Positions 1 to 7,813 of a DNA stretch of 32,000 nucleotides are shown piece after piece. Origin of the DNA: Acidobacteriota bacterium (GTDB lineage: Bacteria; Acidobacteriota; Polarisedimenticolia; Polarisedimenticolales; Polarisedimenticolaceae); the NCBI GenBank assembly GCA_040235415.1, contig JBECKR010000312.1, positions 3,362 through 35,361 of the forward strand, written 5' to 3'. A model generated the notes under the pieces. It ran no database searches. It was not told the origin of the DNA and saw only the letters and a list, made by a program, of their open reading frames with translations. Position numbers and translations under genes: made by a program. Every line of letters begins with the position of its first letter. Within the stretch, counting starts at the first letter, position 1.

Positions 1-515
1 AGCACGTGGCACGGCGGGAGGGCCATGAGCGGGAGGTCCTTCGCGTTCCAGGCGCTGATCACGATCTGGCGGCTCTCCGGATTCCGACGGAGTTGCTCCT
101 GCGCCCACAGGAGCTGATCCACTCCTCGGCTCTCGTACGGGATCGCATCGTCACGGTCGCTCGCCATCCCACGGTATTCGGCGCCGAAGTGGCGCCACTG
201 CCATCCGTAGATCGGTCCGAGATCGAACTCCTCGAGGCCACGCGTCGCACACTGCTCCGCCGTGGACCACTCGTTCCAGATCCGACATTTTCGTTCTTGG
301 AGCCAGCGTACGTCGGTGTAGCCCCGCAGAAAGAACAGCAACTCCGTAACGATCGACGGGAAGTGCGTCCTCTTCGTGGTTACCAACGGGAAGCCGGCGC
401 CGAGATCGAACTCGAGCATGTGACCGAAGATGCCGAGCGTGCGCACACCGGTGCGGTTCTCGGTCCAGGTTCCCTCGTCGAGGATGCGACGAAGCAGGGC
501 GTGGTATTGGAGCAC
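1..515 (-). CDS. thyA: Thymidylate synthase ThyA, N-terminal ~171 aa; the 3' end runs off the window start
   Basis: Absent from the ORF track because it has no stop in the window. My minus-strand translation from GTG at 515 reads [65 protein letters not shown]...[14 protein letters not shown]...[25 protein letters not shown]. This is collinear with canonical ThyA ([22 protein letters not shown], PPCH). GAGGAG lies 9 nt upstream of the GTG. Track ORF 6..551(+) is its antisense shadow. Confidence 0.93.
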   Translation of the reverse strand, partial: [171 protein letters not shown]

Positions 516-544
516 CGCGGGACTCTCCTCAGTTCTGCAGCGCG

Positions 545-550
545 ATTCTA
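545..550 (-). promoter_or_regulatory. -10 box TAGAAT (with upstream TGc) for thyA
   Basis: The minus strand reads TGCTAGAAT, 29 nt upstream of the thyA GTG, with the GAGGAG RBS in between. It belongs to a recurring TAGAAT motif found only in intergenic DNA in this window. Confidence 0.45.
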
Positions 551-777
551 GCAGCGCGCCCGTACGTGCTGCCGATCGGGGAGAGCCATCGGGGGCCCCT
601 CCCAGGTTGGGGACTCCCCTCGGCGTACGCCGGTGGTCCCTCGGGTGTCCGCGGGCGGACGTTTCCGCAAGCCCGAGGTCGCCAAGACAGCGACATCGGT
701 CGATTTCTCGGAGAATCGTCATGTGGCATCGATCTGGCTTGTTTGCCTTGGGTTCTCCGCCTCCCGCAGGGATCGAG

Positions 778-1677
778 ATGCCCAAACCTCGCTGTGTCCT
801 GCCTGGATCGACCTATCTCGTCACTCGTCGCTGCTCGCAACGCCAGTTCTTGCTGACACCTTGTCCACGAACCAACCAGTTGTTCCGGTTCTGCATCGCA
901 ACCGCGGCGGAACGCTTCGGAATCCGCCTTCACGCCTTCGTCGCGCTGTCGAATCACTACCACCTGGTTCTGACCGACCCGCACGCCGAGTTACCGCGCT
1001 TCATGCACTGGGTCAACGAGTATCTCGCCAAGTGCATGAACGCCACGCTCGGTCGCTGGGAGAACTTCTGGGCGCCCGGATCCTACAGCGCCGTCCGACT
1101 CATCGATCGCGCCGGCGTTGTCGACAAGCTCGTCTATGTGTACGCGAACGCCGTCGCCGCCGGCCTCGTGCCGACGCCCCAAGCCTGGCCGGGCGCTCGG
1201 TCGCTTCCTCGGGATCTCGTCGCTCCGGCTCGGCTCGTCCGCCGGCCGAACGTCTTCTTTCGGGCCGACGGCCTGGTGCCCGACGAGGTCGAACTCCGTC
1301 TCGACATCCCTCCGGCGCTTGCGTCCGACGACCCGGACGCCGTGGCGGAGGAGCTCACGCGGCGACTACTCGAGCGCGTCGTGCGAATACGGCGGAGGGT
1401 GCGCCGCAGAGGTCGCGGGTTCATCGGCGTCGGCCGCGTGCTCCGCACGCGCCCCGGCGATCGCCCCGACTCGCACGAGCCCCGGCGCAATCTCGGTCCG
1501 GCGATCGCCGCAGGCGATCGCGCCGCACGCACGGGCGCCATTCGAGCGCTGAAGGAGTTTCTACGCCGATACCGCGAGGCCCTGGCAACGTTCGGTCAAG
1601 GAGCTCGCGACGCGGTTTTTCCAGCCGGAACCTATGCGATGCGAATACGCTTCGGTGTCCCGTGCGAGCCGACGTGA
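778..1677 (+). CDS. IS200-like / REP-associated tyrosine transposase (RAYT, COG1943-type) HUH-family protein, ~299 aa
   Basis: Lies within track ORF 430..1677. The N-terminus MPKPRCVLPGSTYLVTRRCSQRQFLL matches the usual family start (P-G-x-x-Y-H-V-T-x-R). The HUH motif is SNHYHLVL and the catalytic-Tyr region is YVYANAVAAGLV (compare YIhxNPVRAGLV). Start is ATG 778 with AGGGA 7 nt upstream; ATG 721 is an alternative. Confidence 0.8.
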   Translation: MPKPRCVLPGSTYLVTRRCSQRQFLLTPCPRTNQLFRFCIATAAERFGIRLHAFVALSNHYHLVLTDPHAELPRFMHWVNEYLAKCMNATLGRWENFWAPGSYSAVRLIDRAGVVDKLVYVYANAVAAGLVPTPQAWPGARSLPRDLVAPARLVRRPNVFFRADGLVPDEVELRLDIPPALASDDPDAVAEELTRRLLERVVRIRRRVRRRGRGFIGVGRVLRTRPGDRPDSHEPRRNLGPAIAAGDRAARTGAIRALKEFLRRYREALATFGQGARDAVFPAGTYAMRIRFGVPCEPT

Positions 1678-1729
1678 GCGACGTGCGGGGAGACGGGCGG
1701 GCATCAGTCCGGAGCTATGATGGTCGACG

Positions 1730-4066
1730 ATGCGCGACCGGCTCCCGATCGACGGCCACCTGGACGAGATCCGCGCGACCGTCGATCGGAGTCGCGCGCT
1801 CGTCATCGTCGCACCGCCGGGAGCGGGCAAGACGACGCGCGTGCCGCCGGCACTCCTCGACGCGGGAACTCTGATCCTCTTGCAGCCGCGTCGTGTCGCG
1901 GCCCGAAGCCTCGCGTCGCGCATCGCGGCCGAGCAGGAGTGGGTCGTCGGCCGAGAGGTCGGTTGGCAGGTGCGGCACGAGCGTGCGTTCTCGCGTGAGA
2001 CACGCCTGCTCGTCGCGACCGAGGGAATTCTTACGGCCCGGCTGCTCGCGGACCCTCTGCTGGAAGATTTCGCGACCATCGTGCTCGACGAGTTCCACGA
2101 GCGGAGCGTTCACGCCGATCTCTCTCTCGCTCTGGCGCGCGAGGCCGCACGGGCGCGATACGGACTCCGCATCGTGGTCATGTCCGCTTCGCTGGAAGCG
2201 GAGCCGGTTGCCGCGTTTCTGGGCGGCTGTCCGGTCGTCGACCTCCCGGCCGCGCCTCACCCGGTGGACGTCTCGTACGCTCCCAACCTGTCTCCTCGGG
2301 ACGCCATCCTGGAAAGCGCCCGGGAAGGCGAGCGCGGCCACGTTCTGTGCTTCCTGCCCGGCGTCCCCGAGATCCGGGACGTCGGAGACGCCCTGTCCCA
2401 GGTTGATGGCTCGACATCGGGTTTCAAAGTGGTCGCCCTCCACGGCTCCCTCCGGTCGGATCAGCAGGACGAGGCACTCGCGGCGTCTTCCAAGCGAAAG
2501 GTCGTCCTGGCGACGAACATCGCCGAGACGTCCCTCACGATCGATGGCGTCGATCGCGTCATCGACACGGGCCTCCAGCGCGTGCTTCGATTCGATCCGT
2601 GCCGCGGGTTCGACCGATTCGAGACCGAGCGCATCTCGCTCGGCTCGGCGATCCAGCGAACCGGCAGGGCGGGTCGCACCGGACCCGGCCGGGCGGTTCG
2701 CCTGTGGGACTCTCGGGAGCTTCTCAGGCCGCATCGGGAGCCTGAAATCCATCGCGTCGATCTCGCGGGTCCCGTGCTGACCGTGCTCGCCTGGGGAGGG
2801 GATCCCCGGTCTTTCGAATGGTTCGACCCTCCCGTTCCGATGCGTCTGAGTGCCGCCCTCGAGTCGCTGGACGCGATCGGCGCGATGCGGAACGGGAAGA
2901 TCACGTCCTTCGGCAGGCGGCTGTCCCGACTCCCGCTACATCCCAGGTTGGGGACGCTCCTTCTCCGTTGCAACGGTAGGGAGACCGGCGCGGCCGCGTG
3001 CGCGATACTGGCGGAAACGCGTCTACCCGCGGCGACCGGCGAGACGACGAGTTCGGATCTACTGGCGCTCGTCGATCGCCTGGGGTCGATGCCCGGGTAC
3101 GTCCGGAAGGCGGCGGCTCAGATTCGGCGACTCGCGGCGTCGCGATCGACGCGTTCCGGCGAGGGGGAAGGCGACAACGAAACGTTTCGAAGGGCGGTCC
3201 TCGCCGCATGGCCGGACCGTGTCGCACGCCGCCGCGAGCCCGGCAGTGATCGACTCTTGCTGGCAAACGGTACGGGCGCCCGCCTCACGCGCGAGAGCGG
3301 CGTGAGAGACTCGGAGTTTCTCGTCGCAGTCGACATGGTGGCCGCAGCGCGGGGGCCGGGCGCCGAGGCACGCGTCCGGCTCGCGAGCGCGATCGACCGC
3401 AGCTGGCTCGAACCGACCGTGGTCGATTCGATCCACGACTTCGATGCGGCATCCGGACGGGTCCGCGCAGTCGAACGGTCGAGCTACGGTGCCCTCGTTC
3501 TGGTCGAGCGCTTCATCTCGGCCGACCGCGATCTCGCGGCCTCGATTCTCGCCGAAGAAGTGTTGCGGCAGGGAATGGAAGAACGCGCCCGCGATGTCCA
3601 GAGGCGCCTTCGATTCGCCGGAATCGACGTCAACGTGGGAGCGGCTGTCCGGTCTGCGTGCGAGGGTGAGATCGAACTGGGGAACGTCGACGTCGCCCTC
3701 GCGCTCGAGCGCGCAGGTGGTGCGCGGCTCGCTCGAGACGCACCCCAATCCATCGCGCTCCCTCTCGGCCGAAGGGCGCGGTTGGAGTATCGGGAAGACG
3801 GAACGGTTGTCCTCGCGGTTCGGATCCAAGAGTTGTTCGGATTGACCGAGACGCCTCGCATCGGCACCCGCCGCGTTCCGGTCCTGCTGTCCCTGCTCGC
3901 GCCGAGCGGTCGTCCCGTCCAGACCACCGCGGACCTGGCGAGCTTCTGGAGGAACACGTATTCCGAAGTGCGCAAGGAACTGCGAGGGCGCTATCCGAAG
4001 CACGATTGGCCGGAAGACCCACTGGCGTCCGCTCCCCCGCGTGGTTCCAGAACGGCGCGACGTTGA
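1730..4066 (+). CDS. hrpB: ATP-dependent RNA helicase HrpB (DEAH-box)
   Basis: 778 aa. Walker A is APPGAGKTT, motif II is DEFHER, and SAS/TNIAETSLTI/QRTGRAGR helicase motifs are present. The C-terminal RGRYPKHDWPEDP is typical of HrpB, as is the length. Confidence 0.93.
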   Translation: MRDRLPIDGHLDEIRATVDRSRALVIVAPPGAGKTTRVPPALLDAGTLILLQPRRVAARSLASRIAAEQEWVVGREVGWQVRHERAFSRETRLLVATEGILTARLLADPLLEDFATIVLDEFHERSVHADLSLALAREAARARYGLRIVVMSASLEAEPVAAFLGGCPVVDLPAAPHPVDVSYAPNLSPRDAILESAREGERGHVLCFLPGVPEIRDVGDALSQVDGSTSGFKVVALHGSLRSDQQDEALAASSKRKVVLATNIAETSLTIDGVDRVIDTGLQRVLRFDPCRGFDRFETERISLGSAIQRTGRAGRTGPGRAVRLWDSRELLRPHREPEIHRVDLAGPVLTVLAWGGDPRSFEWFDPPVPMRLSAALESLDAIGAMRNGKITSFGRRLSRLPLHPRLGTLLLRCNGRETGAAACAILAETRLPAATGETTSSDLLALVDRLGSMPGYVRKAAAQIRRLAASRSTRSGEGEGDNETFRRAVLAAWPDRVARRREPGSDRLLLANGTGARLTRESGVRDSEFLVAVDMVAAARGPGAEARVRLASAIDRSWLEPTVVDSIHDFDAASGRVRAVERSSYGALVLVERFISADRDLAASILAEEVLRQGMEERARDVQRRLRFAGIDVNVGAAVRSACEGEIELGNVDVALALERAGGARLARDAPQSIALPLGRRARLEYREDGTVVLAVRIQELFGLTETPRIGTRRVPVLLSLLAPSGRPVQTTADLASFWRNTYSEVRKELRGRYPKHDWPEDPLASAPPRGSRTARR

Positions 4067-4110
4067 CGACCCGAGGCAGGGGACCGGTCTCGGAATCGTC
4101 CGAGGAACGA

Positions 4111-4344
4111 ATGCAAGCGTCCGTGGGTTCGACCAGGCGCTCGTGGCCGGTCGGGTGGACGTTCCTCGGAGCGTCGAGGCTCACGATCGTCCCACCCGAC
4201 TCGATCGAGGCGTCGCAGCTCGAGCTCTTCACCGGCAGGCCGATTCTCGAGGATTCCGTGGACGAGTTCGACCGCGCGCGTCGCGCCGCCGCACGCGCCG
4301 CCGCACGCGCCGGCGGCGATCTCGGTGGACTGCCACCGCCATGA
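4111..4344 (+). CDS. Hypothetical small protein (77 aa), low confidence
   Basis: ATG 4111 is preceded by GAGGA at 4 nt spacing. By hand count the third codon positions are overwhelmingly G/C and GC1 exceeds GC2, as in real genes here. The periodicity phase differs from hrpB and begins about at the ATG. The protein MQASVGSTRRSWPVGW...DEFDRARRAAARAAARAGGDLGGLPPP has no family I recognise. Confidence 0.25.
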   Translation: MQASVGSTRRSWPVGWTFLGASRLTIVPPDSIEASQLELFTGRPILEDSVDEFDRARRAAARAAARAGGDLGGLPPP

Positions 4345-4356
4345 TCCCGTTTCGCG

Positions 4357-4385
4357 TGGACATCGATCGCGGGCCCCGCTATTCT
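4357..4385 (+). promoter_or_regulatory. Candidate sigma70-type promoter TGGACA-N17-TATTCT for the ATP-grasp gene
   Basis: -35 TGGACA at 4357-4362, a 17-nt spacer, and -10 TATTCT at 4380-4385. It lies 45 nt upstream of GTG 4430 and just downstream of the small-ORF stop. Confidence 0.4.
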
Positions 4386-4429
4386 CTCGGCGCTCCGGGC
4401 CGAGCCCGACCCGGACGGCGGAGCCCACC

Positions 4430-5647
4430 GTGAACGTCGTTCTGCTCTCGCCCGCGTATCCGCCCGAGATGCGCCAGTTCACGCGTGGGTTGGCGGAGGC
4501 CGGAGCCCGCGTGATCGGTGTGGGCGACCGACCGACGTCGGAGCTTCCGAACGACGTCCGGCACCTTCTCTCCGCGTATCTGGAGGTCCGTTCGCTGTGG
4601 GACGAGGCCGAAGTGCTGGTACGGGTTCGCGAAGCCGCGGTTCGGGTCGGGGTAGACCGCGTAGAGTGCCTGTGGGAGCCCGGAATGCTCCTGGCCGCCC
4701 GGCTGCGCGAGGCCCTCGGGCTCCCGGGAATGCGCGTCGAGGAGACGGTTCCGTTCCGGGACAAGGAGATCATGAAGCAGGTCCTGGACCGCGCCGGGAT
4801 CCGGACGCCGCGACACGCCCGTGTGGCGACGGTCCCGGCGGCGAAGGAGGCCGCAGCGGCCATCGGTTTCCCCGTGATCCTGAAACCGATCGCCGGCGCC
4901 GGGGCGATCGACACGCACCGCGCCGGCGATTGGCGAGAACTCGAGTCCGCGATCGAACTCGTCCGACACGTTCCCGAGATCAGCGTCGAGGAGTTCGTCG
5001 ACGGCGAGGAGTTCACGTTCGACACGATCGCAATCGACGGACGCGTCGTGTTCTTCAATATCAGCTGGTACCGCCCGCGGCCGCTCGACGGCAAGCTCCA
5101 CGAGTGGATCAGCCCTCAGGCGATCGCGCTCCGGGACGTCGACGAGCCCCGTCTCGCGGGCGGTCGCGACATGGGGTTCCGGGTCCTGCGGGCTCTCGGG
5201 TTCCGGACCGGATTCACCCACATGGAGTGGTACCGCAAGCCGGACGGAGAGGCGGTATTCGGCGAGATCGCGGCCCGTCCCCCCGGCGCCAACGCCGTCG
5301 AGATCATGAACTTCGCGAATGACGTCGACCTGTTCCGAGGGTGGGCCGAGGCAGTCTGCCATGGGCGCTTTTCCTCAACCTGGGAGCGGCGGTACAACTG
5401 CGCGATCGTGTTCAAGCGGGCGCACGGGCAAGGTCGCATCCGCCACGTCGAGGGGCTCGACGGGTTGCTCGGGCGTTTCGGGCCGCACGTCGCCAAGGTC
5501 GACCTGCTTGCGGTCGGAGAGCCCCGCCGTGACTGGAAACAGGTTCAGATTTCGGACGGTTTCGTGATCTTGCGGCACCCCGACCTCGCCGAGACGATCC
5601 GGATGGCCGACGCCGTCGCGACCGATCTTCGGATCTACGCCGGCTGA
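4430..5647 (+). CDS. ATP-grasp domain protein (carboxylate-amine / L-amino-acid-ligase-like)
   Basis: Lies within track ORF 4325..5647. I start it at GTG 4430 (VNVVLLSPAYPPE), with GGCGGAG upstream. ATP-grasp hallmarks are DKEIMKQVLDRAGIRTP, GFPVILKPIAGAGAIDT, VEEFVDGEEFTFD and HMEWYR...FGEIAARPPG. Confidence 0.8.
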   Translation: MNVVLLSPAYPPEMRQFTRGLAEAGARVIGVGDRPTSELPNDVRHLLSAYLEVRSLWDEAEVLVRVREAAVRVGVDRVECLWEPGMLLAARLREALGLPGMRVEETVPFRDKEIMKQVLDRAGIRTPRHARVATVPAAKEAAAAIGFPVILKPIAGAGAIDTHRAGDWRELESAIELVRHVPEISVEEFVDGEEFTFDTIAIDGRVVFFNISWYRPRPLDGKLHEWISPQAIALRDVDEPRLAGGRDMGFRVLRALGFRTGFTHMEWYRKPDGEAVFGEIAARPPGANAVEIMNFANDVDLFRGWAEAVCHGRFSSTWERRYNCAIVFKRAHGQGRIRHVEGLDGLLGRFGPHVAKVDLLAVGEPRRDWKQVQISDGFVILRHPDLAETIRMADAVATDLRIYAG

Positions 5648-5663
5648 TCCGCCTGGCGCTCGG

Positions 5664-5682
5664 GCCGGGTGACGTCCCCGGC
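5664..5682. terminator. Possible bidirectional terminator hairpin between convergent genes
   Basis: GCCGGG-tgacgtc-CCCGGC (6-bp stem, 7-nt loop) lies in the 40-nt gap between the ATP-grasp stop (5647) and the dehydratase stop (5688). There is no U-tract. Confidence 0.3.
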
Positions 5683-5687
5683 ACGAA

Positions 5688-6689
5688 TCAACCTGGGAGC
5701 GGTAGGCGTCCGAGATGGTCCGTCGCCCAGACGCGTGCCCGGGTCGAGGCGGACAGGTTGCCGCCGCTCAGGATCACGAGGACGTCGAGGGGACCGTCGC
5801 GGCCGGCGATCCACCGCGCCGCACCGGCCATGCCGAGCGCCGCGGTCGGCTCGATCGTGACTTTGAGGAGGTGCGTGAGCCACTGCGTCCAGTACGCGAT
5901 CTCCTCCTCATCGACCTCGAGCACGCCGTCCGTGCGGCGGACGTGGGCGAAGGTCCGCTCCGAGAGCGCGAGGGTCTGGACCCCGTCCGCCATCGTCGGC
6001 GGGGAGTCCTCGAAACGGTGGATGCGACCGTCGCGGTACGACCTCGCCGCGTCGTTCGCGCTCCCGGGCTCGACGCCCAGCACGGCCGCCCCGGGAAGTA
6101 GCCCGTGGGCCGCGGCCCAGGTCCCCGAGAGCAACCCGCCGCCGCCGCACGGCGCGAAGACGGCGTCGGCCTCGGCGCCGTCCTCGATCGCCTCGAGACA
6201 CGCCGTTCCCTGCCCGGCGATGACGTCGTCATGGTCGAACGGGGGAAGCAGGAAGGCGCCCTCGTCGCGCAGGCGATGCGCCTGCTCCTCGGTTTCCGCC
6301 CTCGTTCGCGTCACGATGACGCGCGCGCCGTACCCCTCGGTCGCGCGGCGCTTGAGATCGGAGGCCCCCGCGGGCATCATCACCGTCGCGTCGAGCCCCA
6401 GGCGCGCGCACGCCCAGGCGACCGCCTGCGCGTGGTTGCCGGAACTGTACGCAACGACGCGCTCGGGCCGCCGACCCGTCTCGGCGAGCGCGAGGAGCGT
6501 GTTGAGGGCGCCGCGCGACTTGAACGCGCCGACCTTCTGGAGGCACTCGGCCTTGAACACGAAGCGGTGGCCGAGCCAGAGGTCGAGCGTCGCGGACCGC
6601 AGCAACGGCGTTCGATGCAGGTGGGGCGCGATCCTGCGCTGGGCGCGCCGGACATCGTCGAGCGTCAGGAGCGGGTGCCCGTCGCTCAT
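5688..6689 (-). CDS. PLP-dependent serine/threonine dehydratase family enzyme (IlvA/TdcB/serine-racemase-like), 333 aa
   Basis: The track ORF 5688..6908 is over-extended. ATG 6689 ([13 protein letters not shown]) overlaps the Rieske gene stop as ATGA. The PLP-lysine motif is [17 protein letters not shown], and [10 protein letters not shown] and CGGGGLLSG are present. Confidence 0.85.
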   Translation of the reverse strand: MSDGHPLLTLDDVRRAQRRIAPHLHRTPLLRSATLDLWLGHRFVFKAECLQKVGAFKSRGALNTLLALAETGRRPERVVAYSSGNHAQAVAWACARLGLDATVMMPAGASDLKRRATEGYGARVIVTRTRAETEEQAHRLRDEGAFLLPPFDHDDVIAGQGTACLEAIEDGAEADAVFAPCGGGGLLSGTWAAAHGLLPGAAVLGVEPGSANDAARSYRDGRIHRFEDSPPTMADGVQTLALSERTFAHVRRTDGVLEVDEEEIAYWTQWLTHLLKVTIEPTAALGMAGAARWIAGRDGPLDVLVILSGGNLSASTRARVWATDHLGRLPLPG

Positions 6690-7093
6690 CCGGGTTTGTT
6701 CCTGAAAAACCGTTCCGGGTCCCAGGCGATCCAGTCGTCGTCTCGGGGAGCGTCCTCGGCCGCCCGCTCCACGGCGGCCGGCGGCTCGGGCGGCCGGATC
6801 CAGACGTCGCCCCCCTCGACGCGGACCTCGTAGAGATCGACCCGGGCCCAGTCGCGCTGGTCGCTCACCCCGGTCCGGAGGTCGTAGCGCCAGTGGTGCC
6901 ACGCGCACTCGATGCAGCCGTCGACGAGCCGGCCGTCGGCCAACGACGCGCCCATGTGCGGGCAGGCGTCGGTCACGCCGACCCAGCCGTCGTCGGTCCG
7001 GAACACGGCGACCCGAACGCCGCCGACGTCGAACGTCCGCCCGCGGCCCGCCGGGATCTGCCGCAGCTTGCCGACCTTGACGAACTCCGCCAT
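6686..7093 (-). CDS. Rieske [2Fe-2S] domain protein, NirD-like small ferredoxin, 135 aa
   Basis: The Rieske ligand motifs are present as CPHMG ... CAWHHW (C-x-H ... C-x-x-H). A ~35-aa acidic C-terminal extension follows. Confidence 0.85.
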   Translation of the reverse strand: MAEFVKVGKLRQIPAGRGRTFDVGGVRVAVFRTDDGWVGVTDACPHMGASLADGRLVDGCIECAWHHWRYDLRTGVSDQRDWARVDLYEVRVEGGDVWIRPPEPPAAVERAAEDAPRDDDWIAWDPERFFRNKPG

Positions 7094-7109
7094 CGCCCTC
7101 GCCCGCGCG

Positions 7110-7742
7110 TCAGTCGGCCGACTCGCCGAACAGGCGGGCGGCCGACTCGCGGCGTTCCCGGAAACCGTCCCGCGGCCACCACGGTTCGCGCTCGATCCCC
7201 TTCGACCACCGCACCGGGTTGAACGCGGTGACGTCGCTCGCGCGCGTGAACGCGGGCGTCGGAGTCCAGGTCGGGTCGATCGGTGCCCGGTACCAGGTCG
7301 ACGGTTCGAACCGGTCGAGCGTCGACGCGAGGTCCGGGACCTCGCTGGGTCGCCACGTCGGGTCGACGACCGACCGGGAGAAGGTCGAGGTTCCCCCGGC
7401 GAAAGCGGCGAGCTGATCGTGCAGGCGCGGCAACGGCTCGGGCCGGGACGGCCCGACGAGGACCTCGGGCTCCGCGACCACGATTCCGCTCGGCGCTTCC
7501 TTCGACCGGTCCTCGCCGGCGTCCCGGAGGCGGAGCTCCGTGACCAGCGCCTTGGGGATCGTCAGGACGTCGCCGGTCGCCAGAGTCAGCGCGTAGTCGT
7601 CGCCCCGAAGCGTGACGTCGACCCCCTCGAGCACCTGGCCGTCGACCAACACGAGCTCGGCCGCCGCCGGGTAGGCGGGGCTCGAAACGAGCACGCCGAG
7701 AGCCAGGGCGAGCGCGGCCGGGAGCCGGGTTCGAGCGGTCAT
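7110..7742 (-). CDS. Secreted hypothetical protein with Pro/Trp short repeats, 210 aa
   Basis: N-terminal signal peptide [34 protein letters not shown] lies 5 nt upstream of the ATG. Repeated motifs are DPTWRP, PSTWY, DPTWTP, NPVRW and EPWWP. I recognise no family. Confidence 0.6.
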   Translation of the reverse strand: MTARTRLPAALALALGVLVSSPAYPAAAELVLVDGQVLEGVDVTLRGDDYALTLATGDVLTIPKALVTELRLRDAGEDRSKEAPSGIVVAEPEVLVGPSRPEPLPRLHDQLAAFAGGTSTFSRSVVDPTWRPSEVPDLASTLDRFEPSTWYRAPIDPTWTPTPAFTRASDVTAFNPVRWSKGIEREPWWPRDGFRERRESAARLFGESAD

Positions 7743-7760
7743 CGGGACACCTCGAGACCC

Positions 7761-7766
7761 ATTCTA
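7761..7766 (-). promoter_or_regulatory. -10 box TAGAAT for the 7742(-) operon
   Basis: The minus strand reads TAGAAT, 18 nt upstream of ATG 7742, with the GAGGTG RBS in between. It mirrors the + strand TAGAAT at 7801. Confidence 0.45.
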
Positions 7767-7800
7767 GCGCCGCTCCCCGCGCGGACCCGCCGGGGTCGAC

Positions 7801-7806
7801 TAGAAT
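7801..7806 (+). promoter_or_regulatory. -10 box TAGAAT for the M29-like aminopeptidase gene (leaderless-mRNA candidate)
   Basis: Only 7 nt separate TAGAAT from ATG 7814, so the predicted TSS falls on or next to the A of the ATG. Confidence 0.45.
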
Positions 7807-7813
7807 CGAGGGC

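Noticed and set aside
6-551. A 181-aa + strand ORF at the window start.
   Set aside because: It is antisense to an unmistakable thyA reading frame on the minus strand, which the track omitted because it has no stop in the window.
644-660. GGTGTCCGCGGGCGGAC upstream of the RAYT-like gene. It shares its first 8 nt with the solo repeat unit (GGTGTCCGACACC) and contains the inverted repeat GTCCGC/GCGGAC.
   Set aside because: The match to the repeat family is only 8 nt, which is plausible by chance in GC-rich DNA, and the second half differs. This is not enough to call a flanking REP for the transposase.
516-777. A 262-bp thyA / transposase divergent spacer with several G-run/C-run complementary segments (GGGGAG/CTCCCC, GGGGCCCC, and repeated CCCTC). 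I considered it as a possible structured ncRNA or riboswitch.
   Set aside because: I could not assemble a convincing conserved-looking fold or match it to any riboswitch class I know. The stems are short and expected in GC-rich DNA. I note it only as unexplained spacer.
3630-4232. A 200-aa minus-strand ORF sharing the GC3 phase of the 4111..4344 small ORF.
   Set aside because: It would overlap the hrpB 3' end by 436 nt. In that overlap the periodicity follows the hrpB frame, and its GC1/GC2 order is reversed. I treat it as the mirror frame of the + strand small ORF.
4283-4318. A tandem 12-mer GCGCCGCCGCAC x2 followed by GCGCCGGCGGCG. It can also pair as CGCCGCCG / CGGCGGCG.
   Set aside because: It is too short for a repeat array or CRISPR. 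It is most simply the coding sequence for the RAAARAAARA tract of the candidate small ORF, or GC-rich slippage. It has no U-tract or position that suggests an attenuator.
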